Of a stretch of 64,000 bases of DNA, positions 18,474 to 28,434 are shown piece after piece. The first letter of the stretch is position 1. The number at the start of each line of letters is the position of its first letter. The DNA comes from an uncultured Gammaproteobacteria bacterium (lineage in GTDB: Bacteria; Patescibacteriota; Microgenomatia; Levybacterales; GWA1-39-11). Both the position numbers and the translations under genes were made by a program. The stretch lies in contig CAZXND010000001.1 of the NCBI GenBank assembly GCA_964641355.1, positions 87,858 to 151,857 on the forward strand, read 5' to 3'. Under the pieces are notes generated by a model. The model ran no database searches, was not told where the DNA came from, and was given only the letters and a program-made list of their open reading frames with translations.

Positions 18474-20255
18474 TTACTTGTCAATAGTTGCATCAAAAAC
18501 CTGATCCTCATCAAGTCTAAAAATTCCTTCATCTAATCTTTTTTGATCTAAATAATGTGCTATAAAACCTACAGATCTAGACAATACAAATAGAGCATTA
18601 AAAAATTCAGCATCAATGAGTTTTTGTAATTCTTCAATGGTAAGGTTTTCTTTTTCACTCAAAATATCCAACAATACCGCTGCAATAACTCCATCAACAT
18701 TTAGGATTAGATTTCCCTTTTTCTCTGTGGTTACTTTTTCTACAGCAAGAGCAAAATCAGAAAATTTATTTTCTTTAAGATTTTCTTTGAATTTTAGGAT
18801 TTCAATAACTCTTGGATCAGGAGCATCAACTCTGTATTTTTTATGTCCAATTCCTGAAATATATTCTCTTTTAGAAGCGAACTCTTCAACAAAATCTGAT
18901 GGGTTTTTTTCATCAATTACTCCCTTAAACCAATTTTCTGCTGCTTGATTTATCGCTCCTCCAAACCGTGAACCAATCGTTAAAAGGCCAGAAGAAAGAG
19001 AGGATACAAGATCCTTTCCTGCTCTAGCAGTAATAATCGTATTTACCGCACCTGATACATAAGGACCGTGATCTACAGAAAGTTTTAATACTAAGTCAGT
19101 GAAATCTTCAAGTTCTTTTGATTTAGATTTTCTTCCCAAGAAGAGAGAAATAACTATATAAGAAAAAGAGTGTTCACCTGTAAACTTCACTAAATCTTCC
19201 CCAAGTATTTTTACATTTCCATCAACATCTTGAGATATACTTGTGGCAATTAGAGCATGACGTCTATCTTCCATCTCTCTTATTCTACTATAGTCCGACT
19301 CGGTTTTCACTTTTTCTTTTTCAATATTATTTATTAATTCTATAAATTCAGAAAAATTTTCTGCCACCATAACTCCTGCTTCGGAAAGAATTTTCTTTTT
19401 ACTTCTCGCTGATTCATCGACATCTTTTGCTATCGCCTTTGCATGACCAAATTGTGGGGGATTAGGAAAAACTTCTGCGACACTTCCTGCAATATAAGCG
19501 ATAACATTTTTGGTAATTTTTTTCTCGTAAATCAATTTTGCAATCTCGTATTCATCTACACCACCCAGTTCACCAAAATAGATAATGTGCTTTGTATTTC
19601 CATCTTTTTGAGCGGATAAAAATGCTTCAGTTGGAGTCAAAATGGGAAACCTTTCTCCTCCAAAAGAAAGTGCGAAAGAGAGCCTAAGACCAGAATTTGT
19701 TACCATTCTTATAATTTCATTTGTCATCCCTCCGGAAGAACTCATAACAGCTACATTTCCAGAGTCAAAAAGCGCTGAATCGATAAGTTGTCTTGGGTCA
19801 ACTCCTCCAATCGCACCAAGCTTTAAAATTTTAGGAATAATAAATCCAACACTAGCTGGACCTATTAAAAATTTATTATTATTTACAACTTTCGTATAAA
19901 GGTATAAAGAATGTTTTTCTGGCACCTCTTCAGCAAAAACTACCCCACCTAAGATGTTTTCAAAATCTAATAATTCATTCGAGTAATTAAGCGTTCTTCG
20001 TCCTGATGACAAATTGAGAAATAGGTTTGTATTTTCTGGAATTTCTTCAAACTCTGGAAAAACAGGGATCATAATTTCTTGCTTTCCAAAAAAATATCTT
20101 TCGTATTTTCTTCCAGAAGCAAATATTCCTACAATGCTAGGTTCTTTTTTACCAGCAAGAAAATCAAAATCAAGTATTGATTGGATTATAGAGGGATAAG
20201 ACCCAATTGTAACTATTTTAGCCTCGTATTTTCTTAATTTTTCAATATCTAACAT
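18474..20255 (-). CDS. aclA: ATP-citrate lyase alpha subunit (CoA-binding/ligase plus citryl-CoA lyase domain)
   Basis: IGPASVG, SGGMTNE, GELGG, QFGHAKA (phospho-His), DHGPYVSGA, GIGHK, LNVDG. Confidence 0.9.
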   Translation of the reverse strand: MLDIEKLRKYEAKIVTIGSYPSIIQSILDFDFLAGKKEPSIVGIFASGRKYERYFFGKQEIMIPVFPEFEEIPENTNLFLNLSSGRRTLNYSNELLDFENILGGVVFAEEVPEKHSLYLYTKVVNNNKFLIGPASVGFIIPKILKLGAIGGVDPRQLIDSALFDSGNVAVMSSSGGMTNEIIRMVTNSGLRLSFALSFGGERFPILTPTEAFLSAQKDGNTKHIIYFGELGGVDEYEIAKLIYEKKITKNVIAYIAGSVAEVFPNPPQFGHAKAIAKDVDESARSKKKILSEAGVMVAENFSEFIELINNIEKEKVKTESDYSRIREMEDRRHALIATSISQDVDGNVKILGEDLVKFTGEHSFSYIVISLFLGRKSKSKELEDFTDLVLKLSVDHGPYVSGAVNTIITARAGKDLVSSLSSGLLTIGSRFGGAINQAAENWFKGVIDEKNPSDFVEEFASKREYISGIGHKKYRVDAPDPRVIEILKFKENLKENKFSDFALAVEKVTTEKKGNLILNVDGVIAAVLLDILSEKENLTIEELQKLIDAEFFNALFVLSRSVGFIAHYLDQKRLDEGIFRLDEDQVFDATIDK

Positions 20256-20260
20256 ATTTT

Positions 20261-21439
20261 TTAAGACACATAATTAATAGATGGTCTAACAATATCCGTT
20301 AACGGAATTTCTGCACCAAAAACCTCACCTAGGAGGTTTTCTTTATCTAGAAAATCTCTAATAAGAGCTAAACCTTCTTTATCGTGTGGACCACCTCGTC
20401 TAACAAAAATCTTAACTCTCTGAGCCCTTAATTCACTTGAAACTTCCGAAAGCGCATTAATAATACCCTTAAATGTGACTCTTACATCAGTGAAATTTGC
20501 AACACCACCACCGATTATCAGAGCCTTTTTCGGAGCACGAGATTTTAAAAGAAGTAAAAGAAGATTTTTCGCATAAATGTAAGTTTCTTCTTTATTGGGA
20601 TTTCCACTATATTCTCCGTAATTTGCGATAAGACTGGCTTCACCTTCAAGAAATACCTCATCAGCAAGAACCACACTTCCACCACCACCGGACAATAAAA
20701 GAAAAATCGCACCATCAGGGTTTAATACTTCAAGACTAAAAGACGAAGCACTTTCTTCTGAAAGTTTTTGAATATTAAGCTCTTCTTCTGTTTTTTTTCT
20801 ACTATTAAACTCGACAAAATCTCTTTCATTCCACTTATCTTCAACAAAAAAAATAGCTGAAGCATCTACTTCAACGGCACAATCTAAAATAAAAATTTTT
20901 TCATCAATAACTCTAAGGGGGTTAATTTCCAAAAATGAAAAATAATATTCTTCAAATGAATCAACTATCTTTTCAAGTATTCCCTCTTCTATTCCTAAAA
21001 ATATTTTTACTTCAACAAGATCTGATTCTTTTCTTACAAGAGTTCTCCTAATATTATCTTCTTCTTCAATATCTACTCCTCCTTTATCGGAATAAAGAAG
21101 CATAAGACCATCTCTAACTCTTTGAATTGATAAATAATAATCCTTGGCTTTATCAGAAGAAATAAACTCTTCAATTATAAATTTTTCATATCCTTGCTTA
21201 TTAAACTCTTCAAGTTTTTCTTTAATCTGATCCGGAGAGAGGTTTAACCCCACAAGACCCTGTTTAAATCTTTTTTTTACTCCTTGATCAACTTTTACTA
21301 CATATTTTTTAGAATTATCTAGTATTAAATCTGGAATAGAGTTTTCATTAAAATCAAACTTTACTGAAGTATTAAGCAATTTAAGCTCTGTGTAAATTAT
21401 TTCTTTTGCACGGAATTCTGAAAGTTTCTTTCTAGCCAC
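20261..21439 (-). CDS. aclB: ATP-citrate lyase beta subunit (ATP-grasp plus citrate-binding domain)
   Basis: VVKVDQGVKKR, FLEINP, GGGGS, NYGEYSGNP, GGGVANFT, RRGGP. Confidence 0.9.
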   Translation of the reverse strand: MARKKLSEFRAKEIIYTELKLLNTSVKFDFNENSIPDLILDNSKKYVVKVDQGVKKRFKQGLVGLNLSPDQIKEKLEEFNKQGYEKFIIEEFISSDKAKDYYLSIQRVRDGLMLLYSDKGGVDIEEEDNIRRTLVRKESDLVEVKIFLGIEEGILEKIVDSFEEYYFSFLEINPLRVIDEKIFILDCAVEVDASAIFFVEDKWNERDFVEFNSRKKTEEELNIQKLSEESASSFSLEVLNPDGAIFLLLSGGGGSVVLADEVFLEGEASLIANYGEYSGNPNKEETYIYAKNLLLLLLKSRAPKKALIIGGGVANFTDVRVTFKGIINALSEVSSELRAQRVKIFVRRGGPHDKEGLALIRDFLDKENLLGEVFGAEIPLTDIVRPSINYVS

Positions 21440-21489
21440 CTTAACATTATAAAGGTTCTGGGACCGATGTTCTAGTTTTTGAGGATAAA

Positions 21490-23601
21490 TTATTGTTCTG
21501 AAATTCGACCTGTAAAAGTAGACTTTGCAAGCATTTGATCAACAATATTTTTTGGAACCGGCTCATAGTGAGAAGGTTCCATATAGTACGTTGCTCTTCC
21601 TTGCGACATGCTTCTAAGAGTTGTTGCATAGCCAGATAATTCTGCAAGAGGAACTTGAGATAAAATAATTCTTGCATTTCCACGTTCCTCAGTTCCAACT
21701 ATTTGCGCTCTTTTTGAAGAAAGATCACCAATTACGTCTCCCATGAATTCTTCCGGAGTGGTAACTTCAACTTTCATAATTGGCTCGAGAAGAACAAGAC
21801 CTGCCTTTCTCGTTGCTGTTTGAAAAGCCATACTTCCGGCAATTTTAAAGGCAACATCTGAAGAATCTACATCATGGAAAGATCCATCGTATAAAGTAAC
21901 TTTAATATCAGTCATTTGATATCCAAGAAGTACTCCTTTTTCTAAAGCCTCTTTAACTCCTTTTTCAACAGAACCTATAAATTCTGCGGGAATCGCACCT
22001 CCTTTTATCGCGTTAACGAAAGAAAAACCCTCCCCTCTTCCTAAAGGCTCAACTCTAAGAAGTGCATGACCATACTGTCCACGTCCTCCAGTTTGTTTGA
22101 TATATTTACCTTCTCCTTCGGCGTTCTTTTCTATCGTCTCTTTATAGGCGACTTGTGGCGCTCCAACATTCGCCTGAACATTAAATTCTCGATTCATACG
22201 ATCGACCATTATTTCTAATTGTAATTCTCCCATTCCAGAAATAATTGTTTGAGCTGTTTCATGGTTTGTTTTTACTCTAAAAGTCGGATCCTCTTCCATA
22301 AGTCTTTTAAGTGCATACCCAAGTTTTTCCTGATCTGATTTTGTTTTTGGCTCAATAGCCAAAGAAATAACTGGTTCTGGAAATGTAATCTTTTCAAGAA
22401 CAATCGGCTTTACTTCATCACACAAAGTATCACCTGTAACCGTATCCTTCAACCCAACAACTGCAACAATCTCTCCTGCATATGCTTCTTTAATTTCCTC
22501 TCTTTGATTAGAATGCATAAGAAGAATTCTTCCAACCCTTTCTCTAATATTCTTAGTGCTGTTATAAATATAAGATCCTGCAACAATTTTTCCAGAGTAT
22601 ACCCTAACAAATGTAAGCTTCCCTACGTGTGTATCAATTTGAACTTTAAATGCAAGTCCGCAGAAAGCTTCTTCTGGAACTAGGTTTCTTACCTCTTCTA
22701 CTGCTGTCTTAGGGTTAACTCCTTTTATCTCTTTAAGATCGAGAGGCGAAGGTAGGTAATCTATAACGGCATCAAGAAGTGGTTGAACTCCTTTATTTCT
22801 AAGAGACGATCCAGCATATGTTGGAACTAATTTGTATGCAATCGTAGCTGCTCGAAGTGATTTCTTTAACTCTTCTACTGAGATCTCTTCGTTATTTAGA
22901 TATTTCTCAAGAAGAGAATCATCATTCTCAGCTATTTTTTCTATCATTTTATGTCTTGCTTCTTCTATTTCTGCTTCCATTCCAGAAGGAACCTCATCGG
23001 TCACATCAAATTTCGCACCTAATTCTTCACCTGTCCAAACAATCGATTTCCTATTTAAAAGATCGTAGACACCTTTAAACTCCTGCTCGCGACCAATAGG
23101 AACAACCATTGCAACAGGATTGGCTCCCAGTCTATCAACAACGCTTTTAAGAGTTTTATTAAAGTCTGCACCAAGCTTATCCATTTTATTAATAAAACAA
23201 ATTCGAGGAACTTTGTATTTATCTGCTTGTCTCCAAACTGTTTCTGACTGAGATTGAACCCCTTCTTCAGCATCAAGGACAGTAACTGCACCATCAAGTA
23301 CTCTTAGAGATCTCTCGACTTCTGCGGTAAAATCTACGTGACCAGGAGTGTCAATAAGATTAATTCTGTAGTCTTTCCAAAAAGTAGTAGTAGCAGCTGA
23401 TACAATAGTTATTCCACGCTCTCTCTCCTGATCCATCCAGTCCATAACTGTATTTCCCTCATCAATATCACCGATTTTATAAGTTTTTCCTGTGTAATAA
23501 AGGATTCTCTCAGAAGTCGTAGTTTTACCCGCATCAATATGCGCAATTATTCCGATATTTCTTATTTTGTCTAATGGTAACATTCGATCATTATCAGCCA
23601 T
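21490..23601 (-). CDS. fusA: Elongation factor G
   Basis: [34 protein letters not shown]. Confidence 0.99.
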   Translation of the reverse strand: MADNDRMLPLDKIRNIGIIAHIDAGKTTTSERILYYTGKTYKIGDIDEGNTVMDWMDQERERGITIVSAATTTFWKDYRINLIDTPGHVDFTAEVERSLRVLDGAVTVLDAEEGVQSQSETVWRQADKYKVPRICFINKMDKLGADFNKTLKSVVDRLGANPVAMVVPIGREQEFKGVYDLLNRKSIVWTGEELGAKFDVTDEVPSGMEAEIEEARHKMIEKIAENDDSLLEKYLNNEEISVEELKKSLRAATIAYKLVPTYAGSSLRNKGVQPLLDAVIDYLPSPLDLKEIKGVNPKTAVEEVRNLVPEEAFCGLAFKVQIDTHVGKLTFVRVYSGKIVAGSYIYNSTKNIRERVGRILLMHSNQREEIKEAYAGEIVAVVGLKDTVTGDTLCDEVKPIVLEKITFPEPVISLAIEPKTKSDQEKLGYALKRLMEEDPTFRVKTNHETAQTIISGMGELQLEIMVDRMNREFNVQANVGAPQVAYKETIEKNAEGEGKYIKQTGGRGQYGHALLRVEPLGRGEGFSFVNAIKGGAIPAEFIGSVEKGVKEALEKGVLLGYQMTDIKVTLYDGSFHDVDSSDVAFKIAGSMAFQTATRKAGLVLLEPIMKVEVTTPEEFMGDVIGDLSSKRAQIVGTEERGNARIILSQVPLAELSGYATTLRSMSQGRATYYMEPSHYEPVPKNIVDQMLAKSTFTGRISEQ

Positions 23602-23664
23602 ATGAAAAAAAGAACCCCGAGAGGGTTCTTGAGCTAGTATAGCAAATCAATCCTCTCTTGTAAA
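23602..23664 (-). promoter_or_regulatory. fusA promoter plus hairpin/U-tract leader
   Basis: TTTACA(23664-23659)-17 nt-TATACT(23641-23636); AAGAACCC-TCTCG-GGGTTCTT-TTTTT-CAT-ATG. Confidence 0.75.
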
Positions 23665-23665
23665 C

Positions 23666-25198
23666 CTACTCCCACTCCATTGTTGCAGGAGGTTTTGTTG
23701 AAATATCATAAACAACACGAGAAACTCCAGGTACCTCATTTACTATTCTTGAAGAAATTCTTTGCAATACTTCATAAGGAATCCTCGCCCATTTCGATGT
23801 CATAATATCTTGAGACTCAACAACTCTAAGAGCTATAACTTCTCCAAAAAATTTCTCATCTCCTTTAACTGCTGTTGAAAAAGCACCACTTAAAACAGGG
23901 AAGGAAAGAAAAATATGAGACAAAATTTTTGCCTCATGAAGCTCTTCGATTACTATTTTATCCGCCAATTTCTCCTTTTCAAGCCTGTCTTCCGTGACAT
24001 CCCCCCTTATTCTTATTGCGTATCCCGGCCCTGGAAATGGTTGACGATTAATAAACTCTTCTGGTAAACCCAAAATTCTCCCTATTTTTTTAACCTCATC
24101 TTTATAAAACTCTCTAAGAGGTTCAATAAGTTTTAATTTCATATTTTCAGGTAAACCTCCTACATTATGGTGACTTTTTATTTTTGATGAGTGCTTACTC
24201 CCTTGACTCTCTATAACATCTGAATAGATTGTACCTTGAAGTAAAAATTTTACATCCTTACCCTGACTGACCAACCTCTCCATCTCGCGCTCAAAGATTT
24301 CAATATAGAAATTCCCAATTATTCTTCTTTTCTCTTCCGGATCATTTACTCCCTTTAATTTCTTAAGCATTTCTTCTTTCACTTCACAAATAATTGGTTC
24401 TATTCCAAGCTTGGAAAATATTTTTTCCAAATGTTCTTTTGTATCAAAGCGCATCAAGCCGTTATCAACATAGATTGGAATAAATTTCTCTCCGATTGCA
24501 GAAGCCGTAAGAAATCCCGCCACCGTAGAATCAACACCGCCAGAAATCGCACCAATAACAAACGAGTTGCCAGCCCTATTTTTTATGTCGTTTATCAGGC
24601 CTTTAACATTTACCTCGTGAGTCATTAAATCAAGATCACAGATATCAATAAAATTTTTTAAAATTATATTACCGAAGTCTGTATGTTCAACTTCCGGATG
24701 AAATTGCACACCAAAAATTTTTCTACTTGAATCCTCAACGAACGCATAAGAAACGTGATCTGTAGATCCAAGGGTTTCAAATCCAAAAGGAATACTCATA
24801 ATTTCATCTCCATGACTCATCCATACAATAAATTTATTTTCCAAACCTCTCAAAATTCTGGACTGCGAGTTCTTAACCTTAAGCTGTAACTCTGCAGGAC
24901 CAAACTCTTTCTTTCCAGAAATAACCTTTCCTCCTAGCAAATAAGATGTAAGTTGCATTCCATAGCATATTCCAAGTATTGGGATTCCTTTTGTAAAAAT
25001 TGAAATGTCTACTTTAGGAGCGTCAGCTGAGTAAACAGAGGATGGTCCTCCTGATAAAATTATCCCAGAATAATCCTGATTTTCTAAACTAAAAAGTGCC
25101 TCTTCAGGGTTTACTATTTTTGACTTTACACCCAACTCACGAAGTCTTCTTGAAATAAGATGGGTGGTTTGCGATCCAAAATCTACAATTAAAATCAT
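23666..25198 (-). CDS. guaA: GMP synthase (glutamine-hydrolysing)
   Basis: DFGSQ, GICYGMQ, QFHPEV, SGGVDS, KSHHNVGG, KPPATMEWE. Confidence 0.98.
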   Translation of the reverse strand: MILIVDFGSQTTHLISRRLRELGVKSKIVNPEEALFSLENQDYSGIILSGGPSSVYSADAPKVDISIFTKGIPILGICYGMQLTSYLLGGKVISGKKEFGPAELQLKVKNSQSRILRGLENKFIVWMSHGDEIMSIPFGFETLGSTDHVSYAFVEDSSRKIFGVQFHPEVEHTDFGNIILKNFIDICDLDLMTHEVNVKGLINDIKNRAGNSFVIGAISGGVDSTVAGFLTASAIGEKFIPIYVDNGLMRFDTKEHLEKIFSKLGIEPIICEVKEEMLKKLKGVNDPEEKRRIIGNFYIEIFEREMERLVSQGKDVKFLLQGTIYSDVIESQGSKHSSKIKSHHNVGGLPENMKLKLIEPLREFYKDEVKKIGRILGLPEEFINRQPFPGPGYAIRIRGDVTEDRLEKEKLADKIVIEELHEAKILSHIFLSFPVLSGAFSTAVKGDEKFFGEVIALRVVESQDIMTSKWARIPYEVLQRISSRIVNEVPGVSRVVYDISTKPPATMEWE

Positions 25199-25201
25199 TT
25201 T

Positions 25202-26344
25202 TTAGTAATTTTTGCCGGGATTTGTAATTAGCAAACCGTGTGGATGGCTTTCTGTAAGACTTGCTTGTGTAATCTGAATGAATTTTGCCTTATTCCAAAG
25301 ATCACCAATACTCTTTGCGCCTATATAATACATTCCAGATTTTATTCCTCCCATACTTTGCTCAACTAACTGTTCAAGAGATCCTTTTATGGGAACTAGC
25401 CCTTCTACGCCTTCTGCAACTAAAATCTTATCTTTATAATAATCCTTTCCATGATATTCGTCTTCAACTTTTATTTTTGCACCGCGTTCCATAGCACCAA
25501 TCGAACCCATTCCTCGATATTCTTTAAAAAGATACTCTGCTATATTTGCTTTTACAATACTTTGGAAACGTGATGGAACTTGATCCTTTGTAAGTTTTAC
25601 AACTTTTCCAGGTGATTCTTCACTTGATGCAAAAAAGTTTCCCATCATGACTGTCGATGCACCAGCAGCAAGCGCTTTAATCATATCTCCAGAATATTTT
25701 ATTCCTCCATCAGCAATAACTGGCACGTTATTTTTTTTAGCAATATTACAAACATCGAGAAGAGCGGTAATTTGTGGAACTCCCATCCCTGAGATTACTC
25801 TTGTTGTACAGATTGCTCCTGGACCCATACCGACTCTGAGAGCATCAGCGCCAGCTTTAATTAGTGCCTCAGCGGCTTCTCCGGTTGCAATATTTCCAGC
25901 AATAACGTCTATATCTCTATATTTATTCTTGATATATCCGATTATTTCCAAAATGTTTTTCGTAAATCCATGAGCGCTATCAACAACTAAAACATCCACA
26001 CCAGCAAGGGCTAAAGCCTCAACTCTTTCTTCAAATCCCTTGTTTGTTCCAACAGCTCCTCCAACTAAAAGATTTTCCTGTTTAACTTTTAAGACTTCGT
26101 CAGCTTGATCCTTTATAGAAAAATTGCGATGGATTATTCCGATTCCTCCAAGACGAGATAAGGCAATGGCAAGACGCGATTCAGTTACTGTATCCATGGG
26201 AGCAGAAACTAAAGGAATTTCAATTTTGATTCTTCTCGTGAGATTAGTGGAAAGGTCTATATCACTTCTTGAGAAATCGGTGTATCCAGGAAGAAGTAAG
26301 ACATCGTCGAATGTAAGACCGTATGAGAAGTTTTGGGGATCCAT
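25202..26344 (-). CDS. guaB: IMP dehydrogenase (no CBS domains)
   Basis: LTFDDVLL, SAPMDTV, GMGPGAICTTR, ADGGI, YRGMGS, AEGVEG. Confidence 0.95.
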   Translation of the reverse strand: MDPQNFSYGLTFDDVLLLPGYTDFSRSDIDLSTNLTRRIKIEIPLVSAPMDTVTESRLAIALSRLGGIGIIHRNFSIKDQADEVLKVKQENLLVGGAVGTNKGFEERVEALALAGVDVLVVDSAHGFTKNILEIIGYIKNKYRDIDVIAGNIATGEAAEALIKAGADALRVGMGPGAICTTRVISGMGVPQITALLDVCNIAKKNNVPVIADGGIKYSGDMIKALAAGASTVMMGNFFASSEESPGKVVKLTKDQVPSRFQSIVKANIAEYLFKEYRGMGSIGAMERGAKIKVEDEYHGKDYYKDKILVAEGVEGLVPIKGSLEQLVEQSMGGIKSGMYYIGAKSIGDLWNKAKFIQITQASLTESHPHGLLITNPGKNY

Positions 26345-26407
26345 GATTCATATTATATCAAAAGTATTTTGAAGTCAATATTCGCTTTATATGCTAGAAT
26401 ATGCAGT

Positions 26408-27493
26408 ATGTTTGAATCACGAACCAACAAAATACAAAAAATAATTATTGAAAATGACATCAAAGCATTATTAATATCATCTTCCAAAAACATATTTTAT
26501 TTAACAGGCGTATTACTATCTGAAGTCGAAAGAGAAGGGTATTTATTAATAACTCAAAAACATTTATATCTTTTTACAGATAAACGATATACTGGAGGAA
26601 TTAAGGCTAAATTCTTAAATGTAATAGAGATTTCTAGAGAAAAAAAGTTTGTTGAATGTTTAAAAAATATCTTAAAGAGCGAGAAGATAAAAAGCCTTTA
26701 TTTTGAGATGTATAATCTAAAATACTTAGAATTTGAAGTACTAAACAACTCATTAAAAACGACTATTAAACTTACTCCACTTTCTGATTTCATTGAAAAT
26801 CTGCGAATTATAAAAGACAAAAATGAGATAAAAAATCTAAAAAAAGCTTGTCTTCTAACTGATGAGTCCTTCTCCCACATTTTAGGCTTAATTAAAACCG
26901 GAATTAGCGAAAAGGAATTAGCTGAAGAACTAGAAATATTTATCATAAAGAACGGTGGAAAAATTTCTTTTCCAACAATAGTTGCTTTTGGTAAAAACTC
27001 AGCAGTTCCACATCATACAACAGGTAATACCAAGCTCAAAAAAAACTCCATAGTTCTTTTAGACTTTGGTGTTGATATAAACGGATATAAGTCTGATATG
27101 ACAAGAACCGTTTTTTTTGGTAAAGCCAATAAGAAATTTAAAGAAGCTTATAAAACAGTTCTGCTCTCTCAGAAAAAAGCCATAGAATCATTAACCAAAA
27201 CAAAAACAGCAAATTTTCCAGCTGAGATAGTTGATAAAGAGTTTGAAAATTCAGGATTTGAATCTTTAATCCACGGATTGGGACATGGGATAGGTCTTGA
27301 TATTCATGAATTTCCGTCAATTTCAAAGCTTAATAAAACAAAAATTGAGCCAGGAATGACATTTACAATTGAGCCAGGAATTTATATCACAAACCTTGGA
27401 GGAGTAAGAATCGAAGATGATATCCTAATGAAAAAAACTGGATTAGAAATTTTAACTAAATCTAAAAGAGAATTGATTGAAGTTAGAATCTGA
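26408..27493 (+). CDS. Xaa-Pro peptidase (M24B)
   Basis: LDFG..GYKSDMTRT, HGLGHGIGLDIHE, TIEPGIY, GVRIEDD; start reassigned to ATG at 26408. Confidence 0.93.
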   Translation: MFESRTNKIQKIIIENDIKALLISSSKNIFYLTGVLLSEVEREGYLLITQKHLYLFTDKRYTGGIKAKFLNVIEISREKKFVECLKNILKSEKIKSLYFEMYNLKYLEFEVLNNSLKTTIKLTPLSDFIENLRIIKDKNEIKNLKKACLLTDESFSHILGLIKTGISEKELAEELEIFIIKNGGKISFPTIVAFGKNSAVPHHTTGNTKLKKNSIVLLDFGVDINGYKSDMTRTVFFGKANKKFKEAYKTVLLSQKKAIESLTKTKTANFPAEIVDKEFENSGFESLIHGLGHGIGLDIHEFPSISKLNKTKIEPGMTFTIEPGIYITNLGGVRIEDDILMKKTGLEILTKSKRELIEVRI

Positions 27494-27962
27494 AGTGGGC
27501 AAATGCTTTATTTGCTTCTGCCATTCGGTGTGCAACATCACGTTTTTTAATAGCATCTCCCAGGTTATTGGATGCATCAAGAAGTTCTGCTGCAAGTTTA
27601 TTTGCAAAACCTTTAAAATCTTTATTGGATCTTTTTTTTGTAGCTTCTAACAACCAACGAATTGCAAGAGAATTCCTTCTTTCTCCTCTAACTTCCATAG
27701 GAACCTGGTATGCTGCTCCACCAATTCTCCTAGCTTTTACCTCCTGCTTTGGTCCAACATTATCAATTGCTTTTTCAAAAACTTTAACAGGATCTTCCCC
27801 TTTTTCTTTGATTAGCTCAAGAGCATCATAGACAACTCTTTGAGCGGTTGTTTTTTTACCATCAACCATCAATCTATTTATAAATTTAGCCAGTAAAAAA
27901 TTATCGTAGATAGGATCATTAGCTACTTTTCTCTTCTTAATACTTCTTCCACCACGTGCCAT
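27483..27962 (-). CDS. rpsG: 30S ribosomal protein S7
   Basis: DGKK, RRIGGAAYQVP, MAEANKAFAHFR. Confidence 0.98.
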   Translation of the reverse strand: MARGGRSIKKRKVANDPIYDNFLLAKFINRLMVDGKKTTAQRVVYDALELIKEKGEDPVKVFEKAIDNVGPKQEVKARRIGGAAYQVPMEVRGERRNSLAIRWLLEATKKRSNKDFKGFANKLAAELLDASNNLGDAIKKRDVAHRMAEANKAFAHFRF

Positions 27963-27970
27963 ATATTAGA

Positions 27971-28396
27971 CTAGGCTTGAGGGCCCCCTCCTTGTCCTTT
28001 AGCTCCATATTTAGACCTTGAAGTTTTTCTTCCTTCAACACCCGCTAGATCAAACTTCCCTCTAACCAAATGATATTTTACACCAGGAAGATCACGAACC
28101 CTACCACCCTTTACAAGCACTATACCGTGTTCAGCTAGATTATGTCCTATACCCTGGATATATGCTGTAACTTCTTCTCTGTTTGAAAGTTTTACTCTCG
28201 CGACTTTTCTAAGAGCTGAATTCGGTTTTTTAGGAGTCATCGTTCTAACAAGTGTAACTACTCCTCTTTTCTGTGGAGCCGGAATCTCCTTATATTCTCT
28301 TTTTTTCGCATTAAAAATATCTCTAAGAGCTGTCGCTTTAATTTTCTTTTTTCTTTTTTGTCTTCCTCGTCTTACGAGTTGATTTAGTGTAGGCAT
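27971..28396 (-). CDS. rpsL: 30S ribosomal protein S12
   Basis: MPTLNQL start at 28396; [11 protein letters not shown]; DLPGV. Confidence 0.98.
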   Translation of the reverse strand: MPTLNQLVRRGRQKRKKKIKATALRDIFNAKKREYKEIPAPQKRGVVTLVRTMTPKKPNSALRKVARVKLSNREEVTAYIQGIGHNLAEHGIVLVKGGRVRDLPGVKYHLVRGKFDLAGVEGRKTSRSKYGAKGQGGGPQA

Positions 28397-28405
28397 AGAA
28401 GGGCT

Positions 28406-28434
28406 ATTATATCGTATTTGTGGATTCTTGTCCA
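28406..28434 (-). promoter_or_regulatory. rpsL promoter embedded in the rpoC 3' end
   Basis: TGGACA(28434-28429)-17 nt-TATAAT(28411-28406), 9 nt before the rpsL ATG. Confidence 0.7.
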
